This document shows, piece by piece, positions 16,596-26,198 of a stretch of 45,914 bases of DNA (positions are counted from its first letter, which is position 1; each line of letters opens with the position of its first letter). Origin of the DNA: Candidatus Cloacimonadota bacterium. Lineage in GTDB: Bacteria > Hydrothermota > E44-bin80. The stretch spans positions 1-45,914 of the forward strand of contig DAOVSH010000002.1 of NCBI GenBank assembly GCA_030633565.1, given 5' to 3'. The translations under genes were made by a program, and so were the position numbers. The notes beneath the pieces are model-generated. The model did no database searches. It was not told where the DNA came from and saw only the letters and a program-made list of their open reading frames with translations.

Positions 16596-18233
16596 TTACT
16601 CTATCTTTTTTAAATTCCCTTCATCGAGGTTCTTGATGAAGATATCCACAAGTCCTGGGTCAAATTGTGTAACAGAATCCTGTTTCAGCCTTCTTATAGC
16701 CTCCTCTCTCGGGAGTGCTTTTCTGTAAGGTCTGTCTGTCGTCATTGCATCATATGCATCTCCAATGGTGATTATCCGCGCAACAAGAGGTATATCATCA
16801 GTCTTGAGCCCATCTGGATATCCCGTTCCATTCATCTTTTCATGATGGTATTTTATACCATCAAGTACTATTTCCAACTGCTTTATCGGCTGCATAATCT
16901 TTACACCACGAACAGGGTGTTCTTTCACTACTTCAAATTCCTCATCTGTAAGCTTTCCTGGTTTTAAGAGAATCCTGTCAGGAATACCTATCTTACCTAC
17001 ATCGTGAAGAAGCCCTGCAAGCTCTATTCTATGGATTTCATCCTGTGGCAGATCCAATCCTCTCGCGAGCATTACACTATATTCAGTAACCCGCTCTGTA
17101 TGCCCTCTTGTATACTTATCCTTCGCTTCCACTGTATTAACGAGAGCCCTTATAGAACTCTTGAAAAGGTCAGAAAGGTCCGTATAAAGCCTAGCATTAT
17201 CTATTGCAACGGCTGATTGCTTCGCAATTGCCTCAAAGATTTTCACATCTCGTTCATCAAAAGGTTTATCACCTATTTTATTGAGCACCTCTGCTACTCC
17301 AATGATCTTCCCTTTTATTTTAAGCGGCACAGCAAGGATTGAACGCGTTTGAAATTTTGTCTTATTATCAACACCTGTAAAAAACCTTTTATCCTGTGAA
17401 ACATTCGGGACATTCAGAGTAACTCCTTTCTCTGCAGTCCATCCTACAATACCCTCCCCCCAGGGAACTCTTATTTCTTTTGCCTCCTCTCCCTTCTCGC
17501 CTGTTGCAACAAGAAAATACAATTCATTTGTCGCTTTATCGATTAGAAAAATAGAACTTGCTTCAGCATGCATCACCTCTTTCAGTTTCTCCATGATTAC
17601 GTGCAGGAGTAATTTAAGGTCAAGAGTAGAACTAATCAACGTGCTTGTTTCTGTTAAAATTGACAGTTCCTTAATTCTATTATTCATCTCTTGAAGAAGT
17701 CGTGAATTCTCTATGGTCTTGGCAAGAAATGAAGTAAAAAGCATAGAGATATCCAGATCATCCTGAACAAAGTTTTTATCCTTCCGTTTATTTATCAACT
17801 CAAGAACACCAATAACATCTGTTCCCGATTTTATTGGCAGACAGAGGATATTTCTTGTCTCATATTGAATGGCTTCTGCTACTCTACTGTCCCATCTTTC
17901 ATCTGCTTTAACATTGTTAGACAAAAGTGGAACACCTGTTTTTGCTACCCAGCCGGCAATTCCACTTCCAAGTGGTAACTTCATATTCTTTAGAAGCTTT
18001 GCTTTAGGTCCTTCAGCTGCTTCAATCACTACATAATCTCCTTCTCTGAGAAGTATAGAACCTGCTTCACTACTGGTAATTTCAACTGCAAGATCAAGAA
18101 GTTGAGAAAGAACTTTCTTAAAATCTTCAATACTCGATGCAACTTCGGTAACCCTTTCAAGTACTTTTAACCTTAACCGAAGGTTATTGAGTTCTCCCTC
18201 TTTCTTCAACAACTCATTGTTTCCCTCATCCAT
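16596..18233 (-). CDS. GAF-GAF-HD-GYP protein (probable cyclic-di-nucleotide phosphodiesterase)
   Basis: 545 aa. N-terminal coiled coil, two GAF-like regions, HD motif (LLHDVGKIGIP) and HHEKMNGTGYP (an HD-GYP signature). Confidence 0.85.
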   Translation of the reverse strand: MDEGNNELLKKEGELNNLRLRLKVLERVTEVASSIEDFKKVLSQLLDLAVEITSSEAGSILLREGDYVVIEAAEGPKAKLLKNMKLPLGSGIAGWVAKTGVPLLSNNVKADERWDSRVAEAIQYETRNILCLPIKSGTDVIGVLELINKRKDKNFVQDDLDISMLFTSFLAKTIENSRLLQEMNNRIKELSILTETSTLISSTLDLKLLLHVIMEKLKEVMHAEASSIFLIDKATNELYFLVATGEKGEEAKEIRVPWGEGIVGWTAEKGVTLNVPNVSQDKRFFTGVDNKTKFQTRSILAVPLKIKGKIIGVAEVLNKIGDKPFDERDVKIFEAIAKQSAVAIDNARLYTDLSDLFKSSIRALVNTVEAKDKYTRGHTERVTEYSVMLARGLDLPQDEIHRIELAGLLHDVGKIGIPDRILLKPGKLTDEEFEVVKEHPVRGVKIMQPIKQLEIVLDGIKYHHEKMNGTGYPDGLKTDDIPLVARIITIGDAYDAMTTDRPYRKALPREEAIRRLKQDSVTQFDPGLVDIFIKNLDEGNLKKIE

Positions 18234-18241
18234 TTCTTCTC

Positions 18242-19360
18242 CTATACTATCTCTTTCAGGGTATACCTTCTACTACCAAGACCAATACGTTCAGCATAAT
18301 CTAAACCGTATTCCCAGTCTACCTTAGGAAAAAGGTCTTTAAACTTATCTTCACCTTTAGCAAAAGCTTTTTTCAACTTACTTTCCTCAATTCCAATAGA
18401 GTTATTCACAAGATCACAACTTGCCTGATCAATTGCAACAGGATCATGTGCTGCAAGCACTCCTATATCAGAAACAATGGGTGTATCTGATTTTGGAAAA
18501 CAGTCGCAACTTGGGGTAACATTCATCAAAAAGTTTATATAGAACATCTTTCCTTTTTTCAGGTGAGCTACTGCATAACAGTATTCAGCTAACCTCTCCT
18601 GGAACACAGTGAGTTCAATATCCCAATTTATTTTTATTGCATCCTCCTTACAAACTGCAATACACATCCCACAACCTATACATTTTTTCTGATCAATAGC
18701 TGCTACAGTTCCCATAGAGATTGCTTCAACAGGACAGTATGAAACACAAAGACCACATGAAATACATCCTTTTTTATCTATATAAGGAGAAACTGTAGAA
18801 TGCATTTTTAATTTTCCTTCTTTTGCAGCACATCCCATAGAAATATTCTTTATTGCGCCAGCAAATCCAGTAAGCAAATGACACTTAAAATGTGCAATAC
18901 TTACGACGGCACCACATGAAAACACAAGTTGAGCAATACTTGCCTGCTTGAACTGTTTTTTATTAATCTCCACGTTCTCTTTTGCATTGCCAAGAAGACC
19001 ATCTCCAATAATAATAGGATAACCGATATTAAACCCGTTTTCAATTGCAGTTCTTATATGGTCAACTGCGTTTGAGCGTGCTCCACTGTAAAGCGCTGTT
19101 GTATCAAAGAGAAAAGGTTTCCTTCCCTTTCCTTCTATAAACCTCGCAATTCTCTTAACAAACAAAGGTCTAATATAAGAAGTATTTCCCTTCTCTCCAA
19201 AATGAAGTTTCAAGCCAACAAGTTCATTTTCACCAAATATTTTTGCTAAACCGGAAGTTGATAGGAGTTTATCTATCTTTTCGAGAAAACCTGTTTTTTC
19301 AACCCGCATAGATGCAAAAAAAACTTCACTCATATCCTTACAATGGTCACTTTTTCTCAT
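18242..19360 (-). CDS. DUF362-domain protein with inserted 2x[4Fe-4S] ferredoxin domain
   Basis: 372 aa with two CxxCxxCxxxC(P) clusters (CISCGLCVSYCP, CIGCGMCIAVC) in a DUF362-like scaffold. The start could instead be the internal MSEVFF. Confidence 0.7.
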   Translation of the reverse strand: MRKSDHCKDMSEVFFASMRVEKTGFLEKIDKLLSTSGLAKIFGENELVGLKLHFGEKGNTSYIRPLFVKRIARFIEGKGRKPFLFDTTALYSGARSNAVDHIRTAIENGFNIGYPIIIGDGLLGNAKENVEINKKQFKQASIAQLVFSCGAVVSIAHFKCHLLTGFAGAIKNISMGCAAKEGKLKMHSTVSPYIDKKGCISCGLCVSYCPVEAISMGTVAAIDQKKCIGCGMCIAVCKEDAIKINWDIELTVFQERLAEYCYAVAHLKKGKMFYINFLMNVTPSCDCFPKSDTPIVSDIGVLAAHDPVAIDQASCDLVNNSIGIEESKLKKAFAKGEDKFKDLFPKVDWEYGLDYAERIGLGSRRYTLKEIV

Positions 19361-19398
19361 AACACATTTCCTAACTCAATAATACTTCTCCGTTTCTA

Positions 19399-20334
19399 TT
19401 ACAATTCCTTTAGAAAGGGTTCTTCCTCATCATTTTTCTTTGTAGAAAAGAAGTTTTTGAATCTATTCTTAAAGCTCATTTTTTCCTTTATCACGCTTCT
19501 AATCTCAGCTACTGCATCTTTTGCAGCCTTATACCCCTTTTCAATACAGTAATCAAGTCGACCAAAATCTGCCCAGTGAACATCATGAACATCGGGTCTA
19601 ATTATCACATCTGCTTTTCTTGTCTGATTTTCTATTAGCCTTGTCGTAACAATTTCATCGATACGAAGATGTATTTCCAACCCTGTTCCTGGTATCTTTG
19701 ATTTCTCAAGTTTTCCTCTAAGGGAGACTGCAATTACAATATCTGCACCCATTTTCTTCGTCGCATATACAGGAACACCACTGGTTGACCCACCATCGAC
19801 AAGAATAGAACCATTCTCTTTCGTGTAAGGAAAAAGCCCTGGTATCGACATACTTGTCATCACTGCATCCCTAAGGGAACCTTTTGTTTTAATAATATCC
19901 AAACCTGAAATTAGATCAAGCGAAACTGTTGAAAAGGGAATTTTAGTCTCCTCTATCATCATATCAGGAATAATCTGATTTAAGGTGTTAGATACCTCAT
20001 CTTCCTCAACAAGATGGGGTTTAAAAAGTGCTTCCGCAAAAAGAATTTTCTCTCTTATCATATTCACAATCTTTTGCAAACGCCCCTCTTCTTCTTTCTT
20101 GAAAATTGAGAGTCCTAAATTTTTGAAAGCCTTTGAGGAAGTAAATTTTCTTGTCATCTCTTCAAGCCGTATTACATCAGGCATTGATGAGTAAATAGCT
20201 CCTGTGACAGCCCCCATACTCGTCCCGGAAATACAATCAATTGGGATATTTTCCTCCTTAAATAACTTAAGAACACCGATATGGGACAACCCTTTACTCG
20301 CACCACCACCAAGCGCCAAACCAATTTTTAACAC
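19399..20334 (-). CDS. Patatin-like phospholipase
   Basis: 311 aa. GGGASKG oxyanion loop, GTSMG (GxSxG) nucleophile and DGG catalytic Asp (LVDGGS). GTG start with a GGAGA RBS. Confidence 0.88.
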   Translation of the reverse strand: MLKIGLALGGGASKGLSHIGVLKLFKEENIPIDCISGTSMGAVTGAIYSSMPDVIRLEEMTRKFTSSKAFKNLGLSIFKKEEEGRLQKIVNMIREKILFAEALFKPHLVEEDEVSNTLNQIIPDMMIEETKIPFSTVSLDLISGLDIIKTKGSLRDAVMTSMSIPGLFPYTKENGSILVDGGSTSGVPVYATKKMGADIVIAVSLRGKLEKSKIPGTGLEIHLRIDEIVTTRLIENQTRKADVIIRPDVHDVHWADFGRLDYCIEKGYKAAKDAVAEIRSVIKEKMSFKNRFKNFFSTKKNDEEEPFLKEL

Positions 20335-20553
20335 CTTTTATTCTCCAAGAGAAAATTTTTCAGAGATATTCACAAAACAGATGAAATTGCACTAACATTC
20401 TAACAATTATACCCTGTTACTGAACGTTCAAAATTATAAGTTGCTTTCTAATCTCTGATTATGTGAAGAAATTTTGCTTTGAATATGATCCTTTAACCTT
20501 TACCTTCCCATTCAGCTGAGGTTATTTTACATCCATACTTTAATACACTTTAT

Positions 20554-21555
20554 TTATTCCTTTAACCAACCTTCTCTCTTCAATTCGTCAATACTCTCAG
20601 GTTCTTTCCCCTTAATTATCCTATAAATCAACATAAGTTCATTTATTTCCTGCTTCCTGTAATTTTCAATGTGCTGTGATTCTCTCGTAAATACTTTCTG
20701 ATTCATCTTGTGAAATGGATTTATAACTAATCTGAAGGTAATGTTTGCCAGGAGAAAGAGAACAGCTACAATCCAAAGAATTAGATTGATAGTTTCTTTT
20801 GTTCTTACAGCAAATGGTTTTTTCTTCCTTAATTTTGGTTCTGCAATAACCGTAGTCCTTTCAATAACCCCACTTTCAAGTAAATTATAAAGTGAGTGGT
20901 AAGTTCTAAACTTACCAAGCCCTGATGACTGTGCAATATCATCCACACACATCTTCCCATCTATCAAATCTATTACAATCTTCTCCTGTTCCCCCATTTC
21001 TACTGAAAGGCTTGGTCTCTTCTTCTTCCTAAATACGATATTATAATCAGGAATTGCTTTCTTTATCTTTGGCCATTCATCAATCCTTCTCATTCCCTCA
21101 AGGATTAAAAACTGAGGATTTACCAGAACGCTATATTTACTCCTGGAATATAACCTTTCTCCCAACTGAAACTTATACTCTCCCTTTTTCCATGTAAAAA
21201 GTTCATCAACTATCTCTTGTATCTTAAACTCTATTATTTTCTCCAAAACCTCCCTTGTTAAAACATTATTTTCCACTAATGTATCGACTACAGGAATCCC
21301 TTTCTTCTTTGATATTGCATCATACCTTTTTAATTCTTCATTTGTAATTTTACCTGTAAGGACAAGGTAATCGCCTATAGGTTTTAAAACCCCCTTCCTA
21401 TTATGAGATGCAGATGAAATCATTCCATTTTCGAAACCAATTGATATAATCTCCTTCTTCTCATGGAAGGTAAGAACACCTGTCTTTCCCTGGGAATTAA
21501 TTAACTGTAACACATCAGCTACACCGAAATCCTTTATATTTCCTTCAAATGCCAT
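20554..21555 (-). CDS. DUF4388-domain protein with wHTH-like middle region and one TM segment
   Basis: 333 aa. N-terminus GNIKDFGVADVLQLINSQGKTGVLTF is the DUF4388 signature. A TM segment follows (LILWIVAVLFLLANITF). Confidence 0.7.
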   Translation of the reverse strand: MAFEGNIKDFGVADVLQLINSQGKTGVLTFHEKKEIISIGFENGMISSASHNRKGVLKPIGDYLVLTGKITNEELKRYDAISKKKGIPVVDTLVENNVLTREVLEKIIEFKIQEIVDELFTWKKGEYKFQLGERLYSRSKYSVLVNPQFLILEGMRRIDEWPKIKKAIPDYNIVFRKKKRPSLSVEMGEQEKIVIDLIDGKMCVDDIAQSSGLGKFRTYHSLYNLLESGVIERTTVIAEPKLRKKKPFAVRTKETINLILWIVAVLFLLANITFRLVINPFHKMNQKVFTRESQHIENYRKQEINELMLIYRIIKGKEPESIDELKREGWLKE

Positions 21556-21557
21556 AA

Positions 21558-23660
21558 CTATTTCCTCGTTTCAAAAGCACTTGCAAAAAGACTAATCAAA
21601 GAGAAAAGGTATAGAAAAACAATTAGTATTATATTAATGTATATTCCAAAGCTTGTCCCTCTTGAGAAAGGAAGATAAAATGAAAATTCTGTTATCCTAT
21701 TAATTATTAAAATTGTCAATAAAATTGAGAACGAAAGAATATATAAAACACCTGTCCTGATCTTCCCAATTTGGAGATGCCCAAGACCAGGGAGAAAAAG
21801 TCCCCAGAAAACAGCTGTATATCCGACTCTCAAACGTGTGTCCATATTAATTTTATCTTTCAATCGTTCCTGTATATCTACTGAGTTTATAGCACTTAGT
21901 TTTTTGCAACACCTCCAGCAAATAATTACATTCTGAAACACTTTTGAATTCCCTTTCGAAATCGCAGACGAACAGATCGGACACTGACTTTTAACTCCAC
22001 TAATAATCCGTGGAATAATAATAAAAAGTAGGAAAAAGACTATAAGAAGGGCAGAAAATATTCTATAATTTAATCCAACAACCTTCCATGGAAAAATGCT
22101 GTTATCCTCCTCTAAAGCAAAAAATTCCATCCAGAGCATTTCCTCTGGTAAAGCAAGATCAATTAGAAAACGGTTATTTTTCTCCTTGGAATTTTTTATT
22201 TGTTTACTTATTACGTTAAAATCTAACTGAGAAGCTATCGCCATATGATGAGAGGATTTATCAAATATAAGTTTTCTTACATATGCCTGTGAAAGGTTAT
22301 AGTGTGATGCTGATGCCTTTGGGTTGTATTTCAATGCCAGATCATAATATTTTATTGAACTATCAATCTCGCCTTTCCAAAAATAAACATTTCCAAGGTT
22401 ATTGTACGTATGATAAAAGTTAGGATTTATATTAATTGCTCTTCTGTAATTCTCTTCGGCTTCAACCAGAAATCCACCCCTTTTTAGCTGTAAACCTTTT
22501 AGATAGTTAAACGAAAAATCTTTTTCGGAGAAGGACAACAAGCTATCACTTTTTATTATATATTCCTGATTAAATTGTGATTTCTGCATGTTGTCCAGTA
22601 TCCCAATTCTCTGTGTTGGATCCATTGCTGGATTAGCCCTTGTCTGGAACCAACCAAAGGAAGATATAATAAATAAAAGTAGAATAAACGACTGAACAAC
22701 CCATCGTTCTTTTCTTTCAAGAAATGGAATAGGGATAATTAATATAAAAATAAATGCATAAAATGAAGGAATCATCCAGATTATTGGAAGAAGAACAAGA
22801 GAGATGGATGCAAAGTGTCTAAAAGACATAGGAAGTTTTTGCGGAATGACATTAGTTATTTTTGAGACAACAAAAGAGAAGTATTTTATAAAAAAGCCAA
22901 TAGCAAATGCAGCCAAGGCAAAAGCAATAAATGAGAATAAAAAGTTGTATGTAAAAATACTGAAAAGTAATCTCGTTTTGAAATCGAGAAACATAATATG
23001 GAACAACGATAAAAATTCATCAAAAAAGTCAAATCTTCTGTTTAAGAAAAGAAATCTGATATAAAAGACCCGAATTCCAAGATTGTACGGATTCAGTTCC
23101 TTTGAAATTCTGATATTCTTCTCAATTTTATCATCTAAACCAGTTTTTGCAGCCTCTCTTCCACGTATAAAAAAATATGTACTTAAAAGAGGAAGTGACA
23201 GCGCTCCAAAATCTTTCTGTAATTCAATAAATTTCTCTTCTTCAACCATTTGCCATTGGTGAAGTCTTCTTTGAGAAAAGAGATTAAGAAGTATTGTATG
23301 TTTAAAAACATTCTCTTCTGCTTTTCTGATCGCAATATCGAAGTGTTTGAAAGTTTCTTCGTACTTATTTTTATATCTATATAACTCTCCCATGCAAAAA
23401 TCAAGAAATGGATTATCCGGATACTTCCGCATTTCATTTCTATATTTCCATCTGATGTAGTTAAAATTCAAAGTTGGAACATACCCCCTTCCTGAAAGAA
23501 CTTCATCAAATTCAGGGACAAGACTAAATGCATACTCTTTCTCCTTATTAGCAATTTCGTATTCAATTTTATCTTTTGAAATAGTCCCGTTTGCAAAAGC
23601 AACAAGTGAAGAACTTAGTAAAATTACTAAAAGTATGAAAGTTACTTTAATCCTCAGCAT
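21558..23660 (-). CDS. TPR-repeat polytopic membrane protein with internal zinc ribbon
   Basis: 700 aa. Signal peptide, TPR units (e.g. YHTYNNLGNVYFWKGEIDSSIKYYDLALKYNP), several TM blocks, CPIC-x17-CWRCC, and a C-terminal TM2-like tail (FWGLFLPGLGHLQIGK). Confidence 0.7.
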   Translation of the reverse strand: MLRIKVTFILLVILLSSSLVAFANGTISKDKIEYEIANKEKEYAFSLVPEFDEVLSGRGYVPTLNFNYIRWKYRNEMRKYPDNPFLDFCMGELYRYKNKYEETFKHFDIAIRKAEENVFKHTILLNLFSQRRLHQWQMVEEEKFIELQKDFGALSLPLLSTYFFIRGREAAKTGLDDKIEKNIRISKELNPYNLGIRVFYIRFLFLNRRFDFFDEFLSLFHIMFLDFKTRLLFSIFTYNFLFSFIAFALAAFAIGFFIKYFSFVVSKITNVIPQKLPMSFRHFASISLVLLPIIWMIPSFYAFIFILIIPIPFLERKERWVVQSFILLLFIISSFGWFQTRANPAMDPTQRIGILDNMQKSQFNQEYIIKSDSLLSFSEKDFSFNYLKGLQLKRGGFLVEAEENYRRAININPNFYHTYNNLGNVYFWKGEIDSSIKYYDLALKYNPKASASHYNLSQAYVRKLIFDKSSHHMAIASQLDFNVISKQIKNSKEKNNRFLIDLALPEEMLWMEFFALEEDNSIFPWKVVGLNYRIFSALLIVFFLLFIIIPRIISGVKSQCPICSSAISKGNSKVFQNVIICWRCCKKLSAINSVDIQERLKDKINMDTRLRVGYTAVFWGLFLPGLGHLQIGKIRTGVLYILSFSILLTILIINRITEFSFYLPFSRGTSFGIYINIILIVFLYLFSLISLFASAFETRK

Positions 23661-23666
23661 ATAGAA

Positions 23667-23695
23667 ATAGTAAATCTAAAACCAATTAATGTCAA
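23667..23695 (-). promoter_or_regulatory. sigma70-type promoter of the TPR/DUF4388 pair; predicted leaderless
   Basis: Minus strand TTGACA (23695-23690), 17-nt spacer, TACTAT (23672-23667), then 6 nt before the ATG at 23660. Confidence 0.4.
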
Positions 23696-23781
23696 GCAAA
23701 AATTTATGAGACTGTCCCATCTATTGGGCAATCTTACCTTTCAAATAGTGCTTGACCTGGTATAATTTCAGATGATTTTTG

Positions 23782-24837
23782 TCAAAATATAAATGGGGCT
23801 GGAATAAAGGTTGCAATTAGAAAAATCATTGCAGATATACCCATAATCTTATGTTTAAGAGAAACGACACTGATGTCATCAAGTGGGGCAGGATGTTTAA
23901 TCTTTATGATTACCACTATTACAACTGCCCATAAAAACCATCCCTGCCATAGGAAACCAAAAATAAAAAGGGAAATGAAAACAACCCAGCCAATCCACTT
24001 TTGATATCTCCCAATCAACCCATACGTAATATGTCCTCCATCAAGTTGACCAATGGGAAGCAGATTGAGTGCAGTTACAAAAAACCCAATCCAACCTGCA
24101 AAAGCAACTGGATGAAGCAGTAGATCCATACCAGCAGGAATATCACCAATTACAACCTTTGAGAGTAGAGCAAAGAGTATCGAGTTGCCAAGACCAAGTC
24201 CTCCCTCCCCAACAGGGATAATCGTTGATAATTTAAGTCCAATAATTACAGCAGGAATTGCAAAAACCAGTCCGATAAGCGGACCAGCTGCTCCTATTTC
24301 CAGAAGTGCCTTCTTATCGGGTATTGGATCACGTACTTTAATCACGGCTCCAAATGTTCCTATTATATGGGGAAAAGGTATAAAGTATGGAGGAGTTGCA
24401 TCTATGCCGAGTCTTTTTGAAGCGAAGTAATGACCCAGTTCATGTGAACCAAGTATAAGGATGATTGTAAAAGAGAAGGGAATTCCTGTATATATTTTAA
24501 GAATAGGATTTACTCCCATTTGCAGAGCACCTGCAAACATGGTAGTAATAATTGTTGCTATGAAAAGAATAATATTTACAGTATATCTTATTTTCTTTAG
24601 AGGTTTTGGTTTTGGAACAAACTGAATTAGGACTTTCTTCTTCCTCCTTCTAAAAAGCGGCATAAGATTAAGTGTATCAGTTCTTTCTTTTATTCGCTTA
24701 ACTGCATCCTTAAGGGGAATAATAAAATCACCGATAACAGTAATCCTGAATTGTTCGGACCCTATCTCAGAAATTGTCATTATTCCATCAAGGATAATCC
24801 GAATCTTCTCTTCCCTTTTATCACTGATATCAAACAT
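23782..24837 (-). CDS. Site-2 protease family (M50) zinc metallopeptidase
   Basis: 351 aa, polytopic, with HELGHY zinc motif and a downstream LDGG (IGQLDGGH) motif. Confidence 0.85.
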   Translation of the reverse strand: MFDISDKREEKIRIILDGIMTISEIGSEQFRITVIGDFIIPLKDAVKRIKERTDTLNLMPLFRRRKKKVLIQFVPKPKPLKKIRYTVNIILFIATIITTMFAGALQMGVNPILKIYTGIPFSFTIILILGSHELGHYFASKRLGIDATPPYFIPFPHIIGTFGAVIKVRDPIPDKKALLEIGAAGPLIGLVFAIPAVIIGLKLSTIIPVGEGGLGLGNSILFALLSKVVIGDIPAGMDLLLHPVAFAGWIGFFVTALNLLPIGQLDGGHITYGLIGRYQKWIGWVVFISLFIFGFLWQGWFLWAVVIVVIIKIKHPAPLDDISVVSLKHKIMGISAMIFLIATFIPAPFIF

Positions 24838-24863
24838 ATCTTTAGTCTCTCCGAGCTAAGCCT

Positions 24864-24887
24864 GTTGGGGACAAGCCCCAACGCTAC
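24864..24887 (-). repeat. REP-like element core (copy B)
   Basis: The minus strand reads GTAGCGTTGGGGCTTGTCCCCAAC, identical to copies A and C. It lies 26 nt upstream of the M50 start. Confidence 0.8.
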
Positions 24888-25000
24888 TTTGAGTTAATTC
24901 CAGCCGAAAGCTAACTTCCATCCTGAGATAATCGAAGGGTATCTTCCAGCACATAGGGCTAACTTCCAATGCGCAGCATTCATTCTTTGTGGGAGTAATT

Positions 25001-25093
25001 GTTATTCATAGTTATTCGTAGTTATTTATAGTCATTCGTGTTTCGTCATTCGTCATTATTTGCACATTGCCACTTGTTACTTGTCACTTGGTA
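25001..25093 (-). repeat. Array of short tandem repeats: 10-mers, then 7-mers
   Basis: On the plus strand, four 10-mers (GTTATTCATA, GTTATTCGTA, GTTATTTATA, GTCATTCGTG) occupy 25001-25040. They overlap 7-mers (GTCATTC GTGTTTC GTCATTC GTCATTA; then ATTGCCA CTTGTTA CTTGTCA CTTGGTA) running up to the buk stop at 25098. Confidence 0.75.
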
Positions 25094-25097
25094 GTAT

Positions 25098-26174
25098 CTA
25101 TTTTTCTCCCCCGTACTGCTTCGCCTCTTCCTCTCCTCTGAGAACACGTAACGCCCCCATCGCAAGGGCTTCCATCTCATCTTCACCAGGAAGAACAATT
25201 ATCTCTGCCAAGAAGTCGGTTTTTCGCTTTATGTAACCGACAACAAACTCTGAATTGGCAATGCCCCCGCTTATAACTATTGCATCAATTTTTCCTGAGA
25301 GGACAACCGCCATCTGACCTATCCATTTTGAGACCTGATAAGCCATTGCTTCAAGCACAAGTTTTGATTCCTTATCACCATGGTTGATCCTTTTCTCAAC
25401 TTCCTCAACATTATCTGTTTTTAGATGCGAATAGAGCCCTGATTGCTTAAGTAGTTTTTTCATCATCTCCTTCATGGTAAACTCTCCGCTGTAACACAGT
25501 TCAATCAAGCCTATTAACGGAACCATCCCTGCCCGTTGTGGTGAAAACGGTGCCTCATCATTTGCATTGGAAGAATCTATCTGTCTTCCATTTTCATGAG
25601 CACTGACAGAGATACCACTGCCGAGATGAACAATAATAAGGTTCACATTCTCATAATTCTTTTTAAGCTGCTTTGATGCCCTTCGTGCAACAGCTTTCAT
25701 ATTCAGGGCATGTGAGAGGCTTAGCCGGGGTATTTCTTTTACTCCGGAAATTCTCGCAACAGGTTCAAATTCGTCCACTGAGACAGGGTCGACAAAAAAA
25801 GAAGGAATACCGATTTTCTCAGCAATACCATGAGCAAGAAAAACACCAATGTTAGAGATGTGTTCCGCCTGAACTTTTCCATTTTTTACATCGTTAAGTA
25901 TCCTCTCATTTATCCTGTACGTCCCGCTTTCAAGAGGAAGAAAAGGACCACCTCTCCCTACAACTGCGCTCAGTGATTTTAGTGAAACACCTTTCTCCTC
26001 AATAAGTTCAATTATATGATTTCTTCTAAACTCATACTGGTCAAGATGTGTTTCAAAACGATTTAGCTCATCATTACTGTGTTTTACCACCTCAACAAAA
26101 ATTGGGTTTTCATCCTCATACACCCCTACCTTCGTAGATGTCCCCCCTGGATTTATAACAAGAATTTTATACAT
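25098..26174 (-). CDS. buk: Butyrate kinase
   Basis: 358 aa. The MYKILVINPGGTSTKVGVYEDE N-terminus and ASKHA-fold layout are typical of Buk. Confidence 0.88.
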   Translation of the reverse strand: MYKILVINPGGTSTKVGVYEDENPIFVEVVKHSNDELNRFETHLDQYEFRRNHIIELIEEKGVSLKSLSAVVGRGGPFLPLESGTYRINERILNDVKNGKVQAEHISNIGVFLAHGIAEKIGIPSFFVDPVSVDEFEPVARISGVKEIPRLSLSHALNMKAVARRASKQLKKNYENVNLIIVHLGSGISVSAHENGRQIDSSNANDEAPFSPQRAGMVPLIGLIELCYSGEFTMKEMMKKLLKQSGLYSHLKTDNVEEVEKRINHGDKESKLVLEAMAYQVSKWIGQMAVVLSGKIDAIVISGGIANSEFVVGYIKRKTDFLAEIIVLPGEDEMEALAMGALRVLRGEEEAKQYGGEK

Positions 26175-26198
26175 TTTCTTTCTTATCTAATTGTTTAT

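Noticed and set aside
23752-23766. A plus-strand TTGACC followed by the extended -10-like TGGTATAAT, which would drive antisense transcription into the 3' end of the M50 gene
   Set aside because: The -35-like hexamer abuts the -10 box with no spacer, nothing coding or structured lies downstream on that strand, and such motifs arise by chance in AT-rich spacers. It cannot be supported from sequence alone.
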